A stretch of 63,394 bases of DNA, the filler included, from Octopus bimaculoides (Eukaryota): NCBI RefSeq assembly GCF_001194135.2. It is 7 parts of 6 records of this genome, joined end to end, with 100 filler letters (N's around TTAATTAATTAA, not from the genome) between each part and the next. Parts side by side here need not be neighbours in the genome. Positions count along the whole stretch, not along the records: positions 17,530 to 29,306 come from NC_069009.1; positions 29,407 to 30,713 come from NC_068991.1; positions 30,814 to 60,410 come from NC_068992.1; 4 more parts are not named here. One strand, given 5' to 3'. The position numbers were made by a program, and so were the translations under genes. Positions 26,424 to 39,600 of this stretch are shown piece by piece. Within the stretch, counting starts at the first letter, position 1, and every line of letters starts with the position of its first letter. Under the pieces are notes generated by a model. That model was not told the DNA's origin and ran no database searches. It saw only the letters and a list, made by a program, of their open reading frames with translations.

Positions 26424-26547
26424 TACATGCATACCTACATACATACATATATGTATACACACCTTCACATGTCATTAAGCGATGGGTCTGTATAGATTAA
26501 CAAAAGGATTAGTAGCGGAGACTGTTGATTTTTGTATCAGGGCTGTT

Positions 26548-26598
<51 letters not shown>

Positions 26599-26930
26599 CT
26601 GTTGGTAGTAGTAGCGATGGTGGTGCTTATAGAAATAATAGCTTTGTTACCTTTTCTTTGCTTCACACCTCGTCAACAGCTAATCCACTTTGCATATACA
26701 ACCTGTGTGCGAGTGTGTATATATAAGGTATTTATGTATATATACATGTACATATATATGTGTGTGTGTGTGGCTGTGTGTATGCGTATATATATTTATA
26801 TGTGCGTGTATATATATATATATATATATATAAATATATATTAATATATTTCTTATTTTAGTATTACATTATATATACATAATTAAATAGCAATATATAA
26901 ATAAATATATATATATATGAATGTTTCTAT
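22670..26930. repeat. Large compound microsatellite field (TA, CA, TAGA, CAT, TAG, GTG) with local tandem duplications
   Basis: Directly visible, e.g. CACACACACACTTATATGCATATACATATAC at ~24692 and ~24838. Confidence 0.9.
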
Positions 26931-27317
26931 ATGTATGTATGTATGAGTGTGTGTGTGTGTGTATATATGTATGTATATATATCCAGGTGTGATTATTGTC
27001 ACAAGATGCGAGTAAGAAGCTCTGCCGTACCGTGCTGTTTGACAACTACCGTTGCTGGTCTTGTTGTTGTTGTTGTTGCTGTTGTCTTTAGATACACATG
27101 TATGCACCCATGCGCTGTGCTCTGTGCACCATTGCTCCTCTGCGCTTGTCACTGCTGCTTCACGTTTGCTGCGTGCCTGCGCGTGATCGCCACTCTACAT
27201 GCATGTGCATGTGTGACTACTTATGTATGCATGCGTGCGCGTATGTGTATGTGCGTGTGTGTGTGAGTGTGTGAGTGTGTGTGCCGTACGTATGGATGGG
27301 ATGTGAGTGAGTGAGTG

Positions 27318-27452
27318 AGTTCGAGTGAGAGGGCGTGTTCGAGTGAGAGCGTGTGTTCAAGTGGGAGTGAGTGAGTGAGTGAATGTGATTGAGTGAATGG
27401 TGGCGATTGTGTCTCTGGGTATGAATGAATACGCCTTTGCTGGGTGTGAACG

Positions 27453-27483
<31 letters not shown>

Positions 27484-27720
27484 ATGTGTGTGTGTGTATG
27501 TCTGTTCGAGTGTGAGTGTGAGTTCTAGTGGGAGTGAGTGTAATTGAGTGAATGAGATTGAGTGAATGACGGCAACAGTGTATCTATCTACAAGTGAATA
27601 TGTCTTCCCTGTGTATGTGAGAGTGTGTGTTCAAATGTGAGTGTGAGTTCAAGTGTGAGTGCAAGTTCGAGTGTGAGCGAGTGAGTGAGTGTGATTGAGT
27701 GAATGATAACGATTGTGTGT
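27318..27720. repeat. Degenerate GAGT-based tandem repeat, about 3 units
   Basis: GTTC(G/A)AGTG..GAGTGAGTG..GATTGAGTGAATG recurs near 27318-27410, 27503-27580 and 27630-27715. Confidence 0.65.
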
Positions 27721-27859
27721 GTGTGTGTGTAGGTGTGGTATAAACTGTGTGCGTGATTAACACTCACACAGCAAATTGTGTGTGTTTGTGTGTTTGCGTG
27801 TGTGTGACTGTGTCTATATGTGTCTGTACATGTATCTGTGTGAGTCACTGAACATACAC

Positions 27860-28056
27860 ATACCTGCTTGTGTGTGTGTGTGTGTGTGTGTATCTACATA
27901 CATATATGTGCATGTGTGTGTGTATATCTCTCTATACACGAGTGTGTGTGTGTGTGTGTGTGTGCATTTATATATTTATATATGCGTCTGTGTGGGTATA
28001 TATATATTTATATATGCGTATGCATCTGTCTGTGTGTCTCATCCTCTCACCATTTT

Positions 28057-28087
<31 letters not shown>

Positions 28088-28496
28088 TTATATTCATATG
28101 TGTGTGTGAATGTGTTTGTGTGTGTGTATGTTTGTGTGTGTGTGTGTTTGTGTGTGTGTGTTTGTGTGTGTGTGTGTTTGTGTGTGTGTGTTTGTGTGTG
28201 TGTGTATGTGTTTGTGTGTGTGTTTGTGTGTGTGTGTTTGTGTGTGTGTTTGNNNNNNNNNNNNNNNNNNNNNNNNNNNNNNNNNNNNNNNNNNNNNNNN
28301 NNNNNNNNNNNNNNNNNNNNNNNNNNNNNNNNNNNNNNNNNNNNNNNNNNNNNNNNNNNNNNNNNNNNNNNNNNNNNNNNNNNNNNNNNNNNNNNNNNNN
28401 NNNNNNNNNNNNNNNNNNNNNNNNNNNNNNNNNNNNNNNNNNNNNNNNNNNNNNNNNNNNNNNNNNNNNNNNNNNNNNNNNNNNNNNNNNNNNNNN

Positions 28497-28545
<49 letters not shown>

Positions 28546-29306
28546 GTTTTACACTGTTGCTGCAGCTGTTGAAGATGCTGTCAATTCTGCTGCTACTACT
28601 ACTACTACTACTCCTCTCTGCTAGGGGTGCTGCTACCGCTGCTGATGAGAAAGTTGAAGGAGGAGTAGGAGGAGGAGGGACTTGAAGAAAAGGAAACATA
28701 GCAAAGGGGGGAAGCTGCTGGTTCTCGCATCACTACTACTACAGCTGCTGCTCCCTCAACAGCTGTTGTTGCTGCTGCGGCTGCTGGTGGTAGTGGTGGT
28801 GATGTTGGTGATGATGATTATGGTTATAATGATGATGATGTGATGGTGATGATTATGGTGGTGGTGGTGGTGGTGGTAATGATAATGTTGATGCATATGA
28901 TGGTAATGATGATGATGATGATGATATTGATGATGAAGAGGAAGTTGGTTAGAACGATGATTGTTACTATGACGATGCCCACGACGACGATTAGCATGAT
29001 GATGATGTTGGTGGTGGTGCTGATGATGATGATGGTGATGCTATTGATTACAATGATGATGACAATGACAGCGACGATGACAATAATAATGATGATGATG
29101 ATGATGATGGTGATGACAAAATTATTGATTAAGATGATGATAATGAGGATGGCGGGAATGGAGGCGGGGTGGGGTCAGGAAGAGAAAGAAAGGCGATATT
29201 GATGGTGCTGCCATCTAAGCCACCACCACAATTAATCACCATGACTACTATCACCACCACCACTATCACCACCACCACTGCCACCACCACTAACACCACC
29301 TTCACC
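27860..29306. repeat. (TG)n/(TTTGTG)n then CTG/GGT/GAT/CAC trinucleotide mosaic
   Basis: Directly visible. Confidence 0.9.
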
Positions 29307-29413
29307 NNNNNNNNNNNNNNNNNNNNNNNNNNNNNNNNNNNNNNNNNNNNTTAATTAATTAANNNNNNNNNNNNNNNNNNNNNNNNNNNNNNNNNNNNNN
29401 NNNNNNTTACAAA

Positions 29414-30010
29414 TGTTTCCAGTAGTCATTGTAGGTTCGTTTTTGATTTTTTTACTCAATCGGCGCATCGGTTGGTTAGTAAAACTGAACAACCTAGAGA
29501 ATTAATGCTTCTTTTGTCACAGTCATTTCTGTTTATAAGCAAGCACTGAAAGAATGATAGAGGCATGGAGAGGGGAGCGAAGAGAGGTAATAAGTATAAG
29601 ATGAGTGGAAGTGCTTTTGAGTGCAAATGTTTTCGAGTTTAATGTTCCAATTACAAACATAATGGTTTTATGACTGTCCCTTGTCCCTTATTTTATCGCA
29701 TGCCTCTTCTTTTCTATTCCTTCCTCTCTTCTTTTCTTTCTTTCTCTTCCCTTTAATCCTTCTTTTCCAACTCATCACTTTCCTTCCCCCTTTCCTCTTT
29801 ATCTCTCTTCCACTCTTATACTTATTGCTTCTTTTCGCACCTCACTTCCCGTGCCTATATCATTTCTTTCAGTGTTCTGCTTGCTTATAACCAGAAATGA
29901 TTCTGATGAAAGTAGTGTTAATTCTTTAGGTCGGTCATTTTTTCTCAACAGATCAACGGGTCGTTTGACTAAACCAATCAAAAACGAACCTATAATGACT
30001 ACTGGAAACA
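29414..30010. repeat. Long imperfect inverted repeat, ~200-bp arms, ~195-bp spacer
   Basis: 29414-29611 aligns colinearly with the reverse complement of 29807-30010, including TGTTTCCAGTAGTCATT(G/A)TAGGTTCGTTTTTGATT, TCATTTCTG(T/G)TTATAAGCAAGCA and AATAAGTATAAGA blocks. Confidence 0.92.
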
Positions 30011-31724
30011 GCTGCAAGTCAAATTTACTACAATAAAGAAATATGCAATGACCATTATTTATGCCTTGCCTTGCATATCACTCGGTGTAAAAAAAAAATA
30101 GTATAACAGGGAGACAGCCGTGGATTTTCGTACACACATACATACACACACACATACATACATACATACATACATACATACACACATACATACATACATA
30201 TATATAAATGAAAAATGCATTAAATACTACAAAAGTACACGTAGGACAGACACAAGGAGCCTAATTCTTCATGAGTTATCGACCGAATACTAATACCCTG
30301 TTTCGTACCTTTAACGATAAGACTGGGAACTTCGTATGTCGGCAGCACCCTCAAGATTTGCGTAGAATTAAGGCTCGAGCAGACAAAATAATGCAGAGTA
30401 GACGTACGAGAGTAAAGAAAAGTAATTTGAAACGATAGACGAAGACAATAAATAAGGCCTTAGGGCCAAACGCGAGAATGATGGATTAACACCTGGAAGA
30501 AATCCTCAAATGGATATAAAAGCAGAACTGGTAATAGAGGAGAAAAAGTTGACCAGCATACTAAACGTCCGATGGCCGAAAGGCAGAAAATAGAAAATCA
30601 GTCTCCGATCACGTGTGGGAATGAGAGAGAGGGAGAGAGAGAAAAAGAACAGAGGAAGGAAGGGAGAAAGTCTACAATTAAGTGTGAGAAGACGATATAC
30701 ATACACACATACANNNNNNNNNNNNNNNNNNNNNNNNNNNNNNNNNNNNNNNNNNNNTTAATTAATTAANNNNNNNNNNNNNNNNNNNNNNNNNNNNNNN
30801 NNNNNNNNNNNNNATAAATAAATAAATATATAAATATAGAATGAGTACGGCTGGATATTTATTTTTTAATCACTACAATTGTTTCCACGCAACGTAGTTC
30901 TCCAGTACGTATATCTGTACTACTAGATAGCATAGGGTAAATCTGAAGGTGGACGAGCTTTATTCTATATTCTATTACGTTCCTAACAGAACATACCATG
31001 GCCTGGATGTTTCACACAGAATGACTATGTTAATATCATGACATTTCTAATGGAGCCTGATACGAAGTAACATATTACTTTAACTGTTCACACTGCCACC
31101 CTACACTGCTAGCATACAGATTAACTGAAAAGTCTGATCACCCAAAAACATTGGTAGAATAGAAGGGACTACACATTGGGAACAAAGGACCTTGCACACA
31201 TATTGCTGTTATGTACCTGAGATCACTTTGGTCTTCAATTCCTAATTGCAGTATAATATTAGTTTACCTAATTTATCGAAATCTTTAACATAAATAATAT
31301 TCTTACAGCTACAAGCTTAAATTTACATTTTATGAGATATTAAATATCTTAAAATATTTCATCTCTGAGCATATTATATTTTTAAACTAGTATTCCAATA
31401 ACTTGTAACGAGTTTATATCACAGCATCATAAAATACTCGTATAAAAAATACCTGAAATAAAATATCTATATGTCCTCCAGGTAATCGATATCACACATT
31501 GATGGGCACTAGATGTTTAGTATGCAGTATATGATGACGTAATCTCTCGACAAAGAAAACGGATGCATGCTCAGGTTTTTTTGCCGAACGACATGCACAA
31601 ATGATTTGTTTATAATGACGGAATAGTTGTGCTGCACATAAGCTTACTTCTTCCATTAAATCAACGTTGACGGAACGGGTGCATGATGTACCATGCGACA
31701 GGTGTCGAAGTGATATCGTAGAGC

Positions 31725-31826
31725 AACGTGAGATGATGTGTTTTGCACAAGAACATAGCACCCGGTCTAGGAATTGAACCCATGATCTCGCGATCGTGTG
31801 TTCAACACCCTAACCACTAGACCATG
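31725..31826 (-). mobile_element. SINE head, third type
   Basis: GGAATTGAACCCATGATCTCGCGATCGTG..CAACACCCTAACCACTAG, homologous to 18484-18590. Confidence 0.7.
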
Positions 31827-31837
31827 CATTCTCACCA

Positions 31838-31866
31838 GTAACAACAACAACAACAACAACAACAAC

Positions 31867-31913
<47 letters not shown>

Positions 31914-31942
31914 TGATGATGATGATGATAATAATGATGATG

Positions 31943-31996
<54 letters not shown>
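31838..31996. repeat. (AAC)n-(AAT)n-(GAT)n microsatellite
   Basis: Directly visible; joins two SINE fragments. Confidence 0.95.
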
Positions 31997-31998
<2 letters not shown>

Positions 31999-32188
31999 CC
32001 TTTCTACTAAAGGTACAAGTCCTGAAATTTGGGGTGGGAAAATAGTCGATTGCATCGACCTCAGTGTTACACCTGTACTCAATTTCCTGCAAAGCAACGT
32101 CGACCTCGGCAGAGTTTGAATTCACAACGAAAGGACAGACGGTATGTCGCTAAGCATTTTACCTCACTTGCTCACGATTCTGTTAGCA
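31997..32188 (-). mobile_element. SINE, second family, diverged
   Basis: GTCGACCTCGGCAGAGTTTGAATTCACAACG..GCTAAGCATTTT as in 17955-18188. Confidence 0.8.
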
Positions 32189-32217
32189 ATAATTACCACT
32201 AGACCATGCGTCCTATA

Positions 32218-32294
<77 letters not shown>

Positions 32295-33339
32295 GNNNNN
32301 NNNNNNNNNNNNNNNNNNNNNNNNNNNNNNNNNNNNNNNNNNNNNNNNNNNNNNNNNNNNNNNNNNNNNNNNNNNNNNNNNNNNNNNNNNNNNNNNNNNN
32401 NNNNNNNNNNNNNNNNNNNNNNNNNNNNNNNNNNNNNNNNNNNNNNNNNNNNNNNNNNNNNNNNNNNNNNNNNNNNNNNNNNNNNNNNNNNNNNNNNNNN
32501 NNNNNNNNNNNNNNNNNNNNNNNNNNNNNNNNNNNNNNNNNNNNNNNNNNNNNNNNNNNNNNNNNNNNNNNNNNNNNNNNNNNNNNNNNNNNNNNNNNNN
32601 NNNNNNNNNNNNNNNNNNNNNNNNNNNNNNNNNNNNNNNNNNNNNNNNNNNNNNNNNNNNNNNNNNNNNNNNNNNNNNNNNNNNNNNNNNNNNNNNNNNN
32701 NNNNNNNNNNNNNNNNNNNNNNNNNNNNNNNNNNNNNNNNNNNNNNNNNNNNNNNNNNNNNNNNNNNNNNNNNNNNNNNNNNNNNNNNNNNNNNNNNNNN
32801 NNNNNNNNNNNNNNNNNNNNNNNNNNNNNNNNNNNNNNNNNNNNNNNNNNNNNNNNNNNNNNNNNNNNNNNNNNNNNNNNNNNNNNNNNNNNNNNNNNNN
32901 NNNNNNNNNNNNNNNNNNNNNNNNNNNNNNNNNNNNNNNNNNNNNNNNNNNNNNNNNNNNNNNNNNNNNNNNNNNNNNNNNNNNNNNNNNNNNNNNNNNN
33001 NNNNNNNNNNNNNNNNNNNNNNNNNNNNNNNNNNNNNNNNNNNNNNNNNNNNNNNNNNNNNNNNNNNNNNNNNNNNNNNNNNNNNNNNNNNNNNNNNNNN
33101 NNNNNNNNNNNNNNNNNNNNNNNNNNNNNNNNNNNNNNNNNNNNNNNNNNNNNNNNNNNNNNNNNNNNNNNNNNNNNNNNNNNNNNNNNNNTATATATAC
33201 ATATATATATGCATTGTTTTGTGTGTGCGGAAATTCTTCATTGAATGCAGTTCGGGATAAATCTCAATACCGACATTCTCAGCGGAGAAAAGAAAATAGG
33301 ATGACGTACGAAACTCTCTTTAGATTCTGCTACATATTC

Positions 33340-33415
<76 letters not shown>

Positions 33416-34689
33416 GATACGTGTGTACAGACAGACACACACACACACAGTCACACATACACACACATACACATGCACACACACATACAAACACATGCAC
33501 TCATGTTCTGAGTTATATTTTTCCTGTCTGCATCGCCAAATCTGTACTATTAAAATGTTAATATGAAAATTTCAACGCAATACTAAATGTTTTTAAATCT
33601 TTCTTCGCTGATCACTGGTTGTTCTGTATGTTAGCCACGCTTATATTATTATGATAGCAACATTAAAAATAGAGTTCCTTAATTCATCTGAAAAGTATAA
33701 ATCTATGGAAAAGAATTGGAAGTAACGAAGGCACAAAATATTTCTTGATAAAACGAAGGAAACGAGTAAGGATAGCTCAATGTAACGGAGGAAAAGTACT
33801 AAAATATATTGGAATATATTGGAAAAACGATGCTTGTAAAATTTTATAAGTTACTAATTTTTCAAGCAAGGAATAGTCAATAACATAAGGAATCAATCAA
33901 TTGATTAACTGAAAATCGATACTTGGTTGGTATATAATGTTTGACCTTTGAAGAATGAAATGCCATTTGACAAAATTCTTGACCAATTTGATCTCAATAC
34001 TTGAAAAACATTCAAATGAATAAATAACGGGAAAAATACTGTCTCAGACTCTAGGGAATTGATTATCCAGTATTCTTTCAGAAGAAATTATGCTTCCACT
34101 TTATTAGGAGGGAAGTGTATCCCCCAAATGTTATTTTCGATTTTATTAGAAGACTTTGTCGACCAGAAGATATGACACTACTCACTTGCAAATGATGTGA
34201 AGCAACAGGAACGAACCAAAACCTGGTGAATAACATGAACTTCTTAAAGAGTTTGCTATCCCAGCACAAACAAAAAAGAAAACGCTCTCACAGACACACA
34301 TCCATACATTCACACATCTATGTATACGACGGGCTACCATGTCTATGTACATACATACCTGTATACATACATACATACATACATTACATACATACATTGC
34401 ATACATATACATATGCATACCTACATACAAGCATAAATATATTGTTGACTCGAGAATTTTGTAAGCTTGCTAGGAACATGAATTAATTAACATCTGTAAT
34501 AGTGACTATCGAGTCACACATAAATAAATAAATAAATATTACTTCAGACGCTACCGGAACCTGATGTATGTTTTTCCTCACTGTGTTTCTGGGAAAATGT
34601 TCGAACATCTTCATCTGTGCGGCTAGCTCGGTCTTGGTGTTGCAGGCAGGGCAGAGAGCAGGGGGCATGTTCGTCAAATGCACCTCACA

Positions 34690-35070
34690 TTAACAATCTA
34701 TGGGATTACAGTCGCAGGAATAGGGAGGACAGAAATTGGGGTGGGGGAAATCATAATAACTCTGACAACTGTTTCTGACACTCTTCAGAGGGATAGAAAG
34801 GAAAGGAATCCTGCAGCCATAGATACGACCTCCTAACAACAAACAACTGCAGCTGAGTTTGACCGCTATATCCAGCAGCTTTACTTTGCCAACTGGATTG
34901 AGCCTAAGAGTCCCTGGCCTGCAATTGATGTTAGATTCTAGCGTGTGGACGCAGTCAGTACGCTGGCCGTATTCCCTCCTGCAGGTCACGAATTCGTAGT
35001 CTCCATTGCATCGATCCACATCATGTCTTACAGCCTTAGCAGTATTGCCAGTTTGCTGAGCAGTAGTCAT
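34690..35070 (-). CDS. Candidate 126-aa cysteine-rich ORF of unknown function (possibly one exon of a secreted protein)
   Basis: Longest non-repetitive open frame in the window with higher GC than its flanks (one 60-nt line counted 52%). 12 Cys, the first four spaced C-x8-C-x9-C-x9-C. No signal peptide and no recognised family. Confidence 0.35.
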   Translation of the reverse strand: MTTAQQTGNTAKAVRHDVDRCNGDYEFVTCRREYGQRTDCVHTLESNINCRPGTLRLNPVGKVKLLDIAVKLSCSCLLLGGRIYGCRIPFLSIPLKSVRNSCQSYYDFPHPNFCPPYSCDCNPIDC

Positions 35071-38000
35071 GTTACAAGTAAATCTATTTCAATATTCGAA
35101 TGGCTTCCATCCTCCATGTGAATTAACCTTTTCTCAGCTGTAAGTTTAATTATTATCCTTTCCAGCACCATTGACTGTTCAATACATACAACTGTTCCTG
35201 AAAAATGGAAACAGAAACAGCCGTCAGATTTAGCCAGAACACCCTGTATTTAAGGTAAGATAATGATAAGCACCGCCTAGAATCCACGACGAAAACTTTC
35301 AAGTTCCACAACTTGTTTGATAAAAATGTTCCTAATAATCGTATTTTTTGCGATATATTCTGCAAAAATTGCTTAATATTAACTAGCATTCCATATCTTT
35401 CCATTCTAATTCCCGATTAATAAAGCACACTTACTGGGCAAAAAACAATCTAAATAATAGGTTAGTATCTTCTACGTTATATATTTCTCTAACCTATGCG
35501 TCAAAAACTTTCAAGCGAACGTAACACGAAAACATAACACGAAGTAGGAATATCGAATCAGAATAAGTCTACTAGTCATACGTCTTTTCTAATTTAAAAC
35601 TAGAGCGTCAGAATAACTTTCGTTTCGACACGGTCTCACACGACAGAGTATAAAACTGAAGACATAAAAATCTCTGAAACTCAAACAAGATAAAATAATT
35701 TATCTCATATCAGAATTGCACATTTATGAATGAACCGATTCATGTTATAAGAATAAAACAGAAATATTTTAATTCAACTGGAATTGAAATGTAAGTTCAT
35801 CTCGACACACATGATTTTCAGCCAAATCTGTATTGAAGAACCATAAAATATAAGAATTCTAAGTAAAGTAATCTCGAATATATCATATAAAACTTTCCCT
35901 AAATTAGAATGTCAGGCAAGGAACAAATAGAGGAACAGAGTGTTTCATTTTGTTTAAAACTCCCCAGTAATACACGCACACAAGTAAGCAACCGTTCACA
36001 TATAAATATACGTATACATATATAAATATATGAACATATTTCAACTAAAGCCGTTAAGATGCTACATCAAACTTCACTTTTAGTTTTCGTTCAAATCAAT
36101 GGTTTCGTCGTACAAAAACACCAATATCATTTGCATTATTTTAATAACTAAACATCTGAGAAGTCTATGAGGATAATGTCATTATTCAAACATGACATTC
36201 TGTTTGGGATTTCAATTTTCGCTATCATTTTGTCACTTAAATCACAACGCTTACACCAGATGAGTTTAAATTGTTGATAGTACCATGTGAATTATTGAAA
36301 ATCTCAACATCGATATTAGCAAATTGTCTCCTTTGGGCTTTCTTTATTTTTCAGCAAATCTTATTATCCATTTATGTATCCTTTGTTTCAAATCGAATTC
36401 ATTTATTCTTTTCTGCATTTTGAGGAAATGTAAATGTGACCTCCTACTATCATGTAAATCCGATATTATGTTATATTACATTTTTTTAATAGCTTTTCAT
36501 TTCTCCTAAGTTAATTATAATCTTCAGTAGCAAAACATCTGAAATATAGAAATGGTATTGGTTAATAAATAGTTAACAATCGTGTTTGCACACTGAGTAG
36601 GCGAAACCTTCGTCAATTTGATATTACACCTGTTGTTTAACCTGTCAAGCTGTTCCACGTCATATTCCAAGTTACCAGGGTGTTTAGTATTTTATATTTT
36701 ATCTCAAACACAATGTAACAGTCTTCAGTGGCTGGAGACTATTGAATCTCTAATATTAATACACTTTCGCCCAATTATATGTATTCATTTAAAACCATAA
36801 ACACGATTTTCAGACAGGAAGAATTCGTTCTTGATCAAACAAAATGTTGTTTTGTAATAAAATAATTACACAAATATAACTCTCGTATTATCTCTGGTAA
36901 AATGAACAAAAATAGTTGCTAGAAGAAAATGAATGTGACAAAGCAATATTATTTTCAACTGTTGGCTCGTTAATATAGTTTTATAGGGGATGGCATATGT
37001 TATTGAAACAAACACATTAAATACCTAATGTATATTCATTGAAACTTAAAGGGATGAAAGCCAATGTCTGTCATCTTGATTTCAGCACGAAACGCAGTCA
37101 CTCATAAATAAATTTCTTTAGGTATGTTGGCAAAATCTCTACATTTCTTTACACTATACTGCTTTTCTGACAAAGTGTTACGTTACTTTAATAAACTATA
37201 TCATTTAATTGTATGTTCATATCTTTGAAACGCGCATAATTGACGAACTGATATTTTACGTCAGAAGATTTATAAATTGTAATAGATAAATGTGCACGAA
37301 ATACTATAAAGTTAAAATCAAGAATTTTTTTAGGGGATTGCTGATTGTCAGTGTCGGTAACAATTTGTTCAATGAGTTAGAATATTTATGACATTATCTT
37401 GTATGAAATATAGGGCGACTTGTCAAATATTTATTTTCTAAATATATTTATATATATCAGAAGTTCTTGACATTAAGTAAAATATGGTGGATTAACGACT
37501 AGATGATTTTGCGGAATTCATGAAAGAAATAACATGTTACAAACGCATCAAACCCTATACATTTGTCACTTGCATATTTTCCAGACAAATGGTCCTCCTA
37601 TTATGCCAGTAATACACGCTATGACCTAAGTCATATTTTCTCGATAAAAATTAATATTACTTTCCATGCACACTGTCACAATACACGCAAAACTATTCTA
37701 TTCTTTTTCAAATGCTACCAAAAGATCATAACGCAGATGTTAATTGGTAAAGCTCATCATATGTAGGAATTCAAAATGTTAGTAAACTATAATACGCGTT
37801 TGAGATTAGGTTTCATTTATTTTCAGGCTAAAATCTTTAGAATAAAATAGCATTGAATTCACAGAACTTAAAATGCATGGTATGTCGGGTAAGTTGAGAT
37901 ATATGTTAGAAAAGGAAAGTTTTGTGTTTTCGAGTGAGATACTTTTATTTGTCAATTTTAGCTCTATTTTGCGGGAATACAAATCAGCCCTAACGTGATT

Positions 38001-39416
38001 GCATCACTCTAGACACGCAGTCAGTCTCCGGAATGCAAAAATAATATCTAGGTAAGCAAGGGTAGTTTGCACTTTTGCAAAATTTCATTTCATAACTATA
38101 TTAAATATAGAGCAAAGGATTTTTTTTATCTCTTAAGTATAGAAATTTCAAACCGACTGCACCAAACAAAGAGTTAGAGAAGTGTAGTATTTCACCAAAT
38201 CTTTTTGGGAAGGTATATATATATATATACATACATACATATATATATATATANNNNNNNNNNNNNNNNNNNNNNNNNNNNNNNNNNNNNNNNNNNNNNN
38301 NNNNNNNNNNNNNNNNNNNNNNNNNNNNNNNNNNNNNNNNNNNNNNNNNNNNNNNNNNNNNNNNNNNNNNNNNNNNNNNNNNNNNNNNNNNNNNNNNNNN
38401 NNNNNNNNNNNNNNNNNNNNNNNNNNNNNNNNNNNNNNNNNNNNNNNNNNNNNNNNNNNNNNNNNNNNNNNNNNNNNNNNNNNNNNNNNNNNNNNNNNNN
38501 NNNNNNNNNNNNNNNNNNNNNNNNNNNNNNNNNNNNNNNNNNNNNNNNNNNNNNNNNNNNNNNNNNNNNNNNNNNNNNNNNNNNNNNNNNNNNNNNNNNN
38601 NNNNNNNNNNNNNNNNNNNNNNNNNNNNNNNNNNNNNNNNNNNNNNNNNNNNNNNNNNNNNNNNNNNNATATAACAGCTTGGGAGAGTTATCTATCAGTT
38701 TCAGAAATAGTTCTGATGTTAGTTTAAAGCACTATCTATTCAGAAAAGATAGTATTAGAACAGGCTGATGTATAGCTCTCTCTAACCTGTGCTCTATTGT
38801 GTTATAAAATTGTGTGATGTAGAGAATACTTTTTTTTTTCTTGAGAAATATTTATAAGATATAAATTATTTATGATGATCTTTAGTCAGTATTATCTTAT
38901 CGTTTAGTGACATTATGTTCTATACAAAGCTAAACGGATTTTGAATAAATATATATATATAAACGTAGACATTCGTATTTACTGATATACATCCACACAT
39001 ACAGACACAGACGCGCTCTCATGCATACACACACTCACCCACAAACACATGCATATTTATACATACATCGAGACATACATACATACATACACATATATAT
39101 GTATATATAAACTAATGTACACAATCACACAGGTGCAAATACACTATATTGCATTTCAACATAAGGAACAAGCTACGAGAATTTCACAGAACTTCTCACA
39201 ACATTCTATATATATATAGCTAGATAATTTGTTTATACACAGAGCAATACCCGAACACACAAACGCAGGAATATCAATATCAAATCGTAGAATAATGTTT
39301 TGTGAGCACAAAATCAGCACGTACACATACAGACAGACGTAACATTATTATGAAATAAACAGTTCAATACTACTTAACAATACAATATAATACAAGTTGC
39401 CTGCCAATATAATACA

Positions 39417-39600
39417 AGTTGCCAGCAGTTTCCGAGGAAAGGGGAATAGTCGATTATGTCGACCACAGTATTCAAGTGCAACTTAATTTATCGATCACGA
39501 GGGATGACAGGTAAGATCGGTCTCGGCGGAATTTGGATTTAGAAAGTAAAAACGCACGAAATGCAGTTAAGCACTTTAGCCAGTGTGCTAACGAATCTGT
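39417..39600 (-). mobile_element. SINE, second family, diverged
   Basis: TTTATCGATCACGAGGGATGACAGGTAAGATCGGTCTCGGCGGAATTTG..GTGTGCTAACGAATCTG. Confidence 0.75.

Noticed and set aside
22147-26844. Numerous 60-370 aa ORFs ([12 protein letters not shown], poly-S/T/V) here and across the window
   Set aside because: Translations of microsatellites or read-through of N gaps; these repeats lack stops in some frames by construction.
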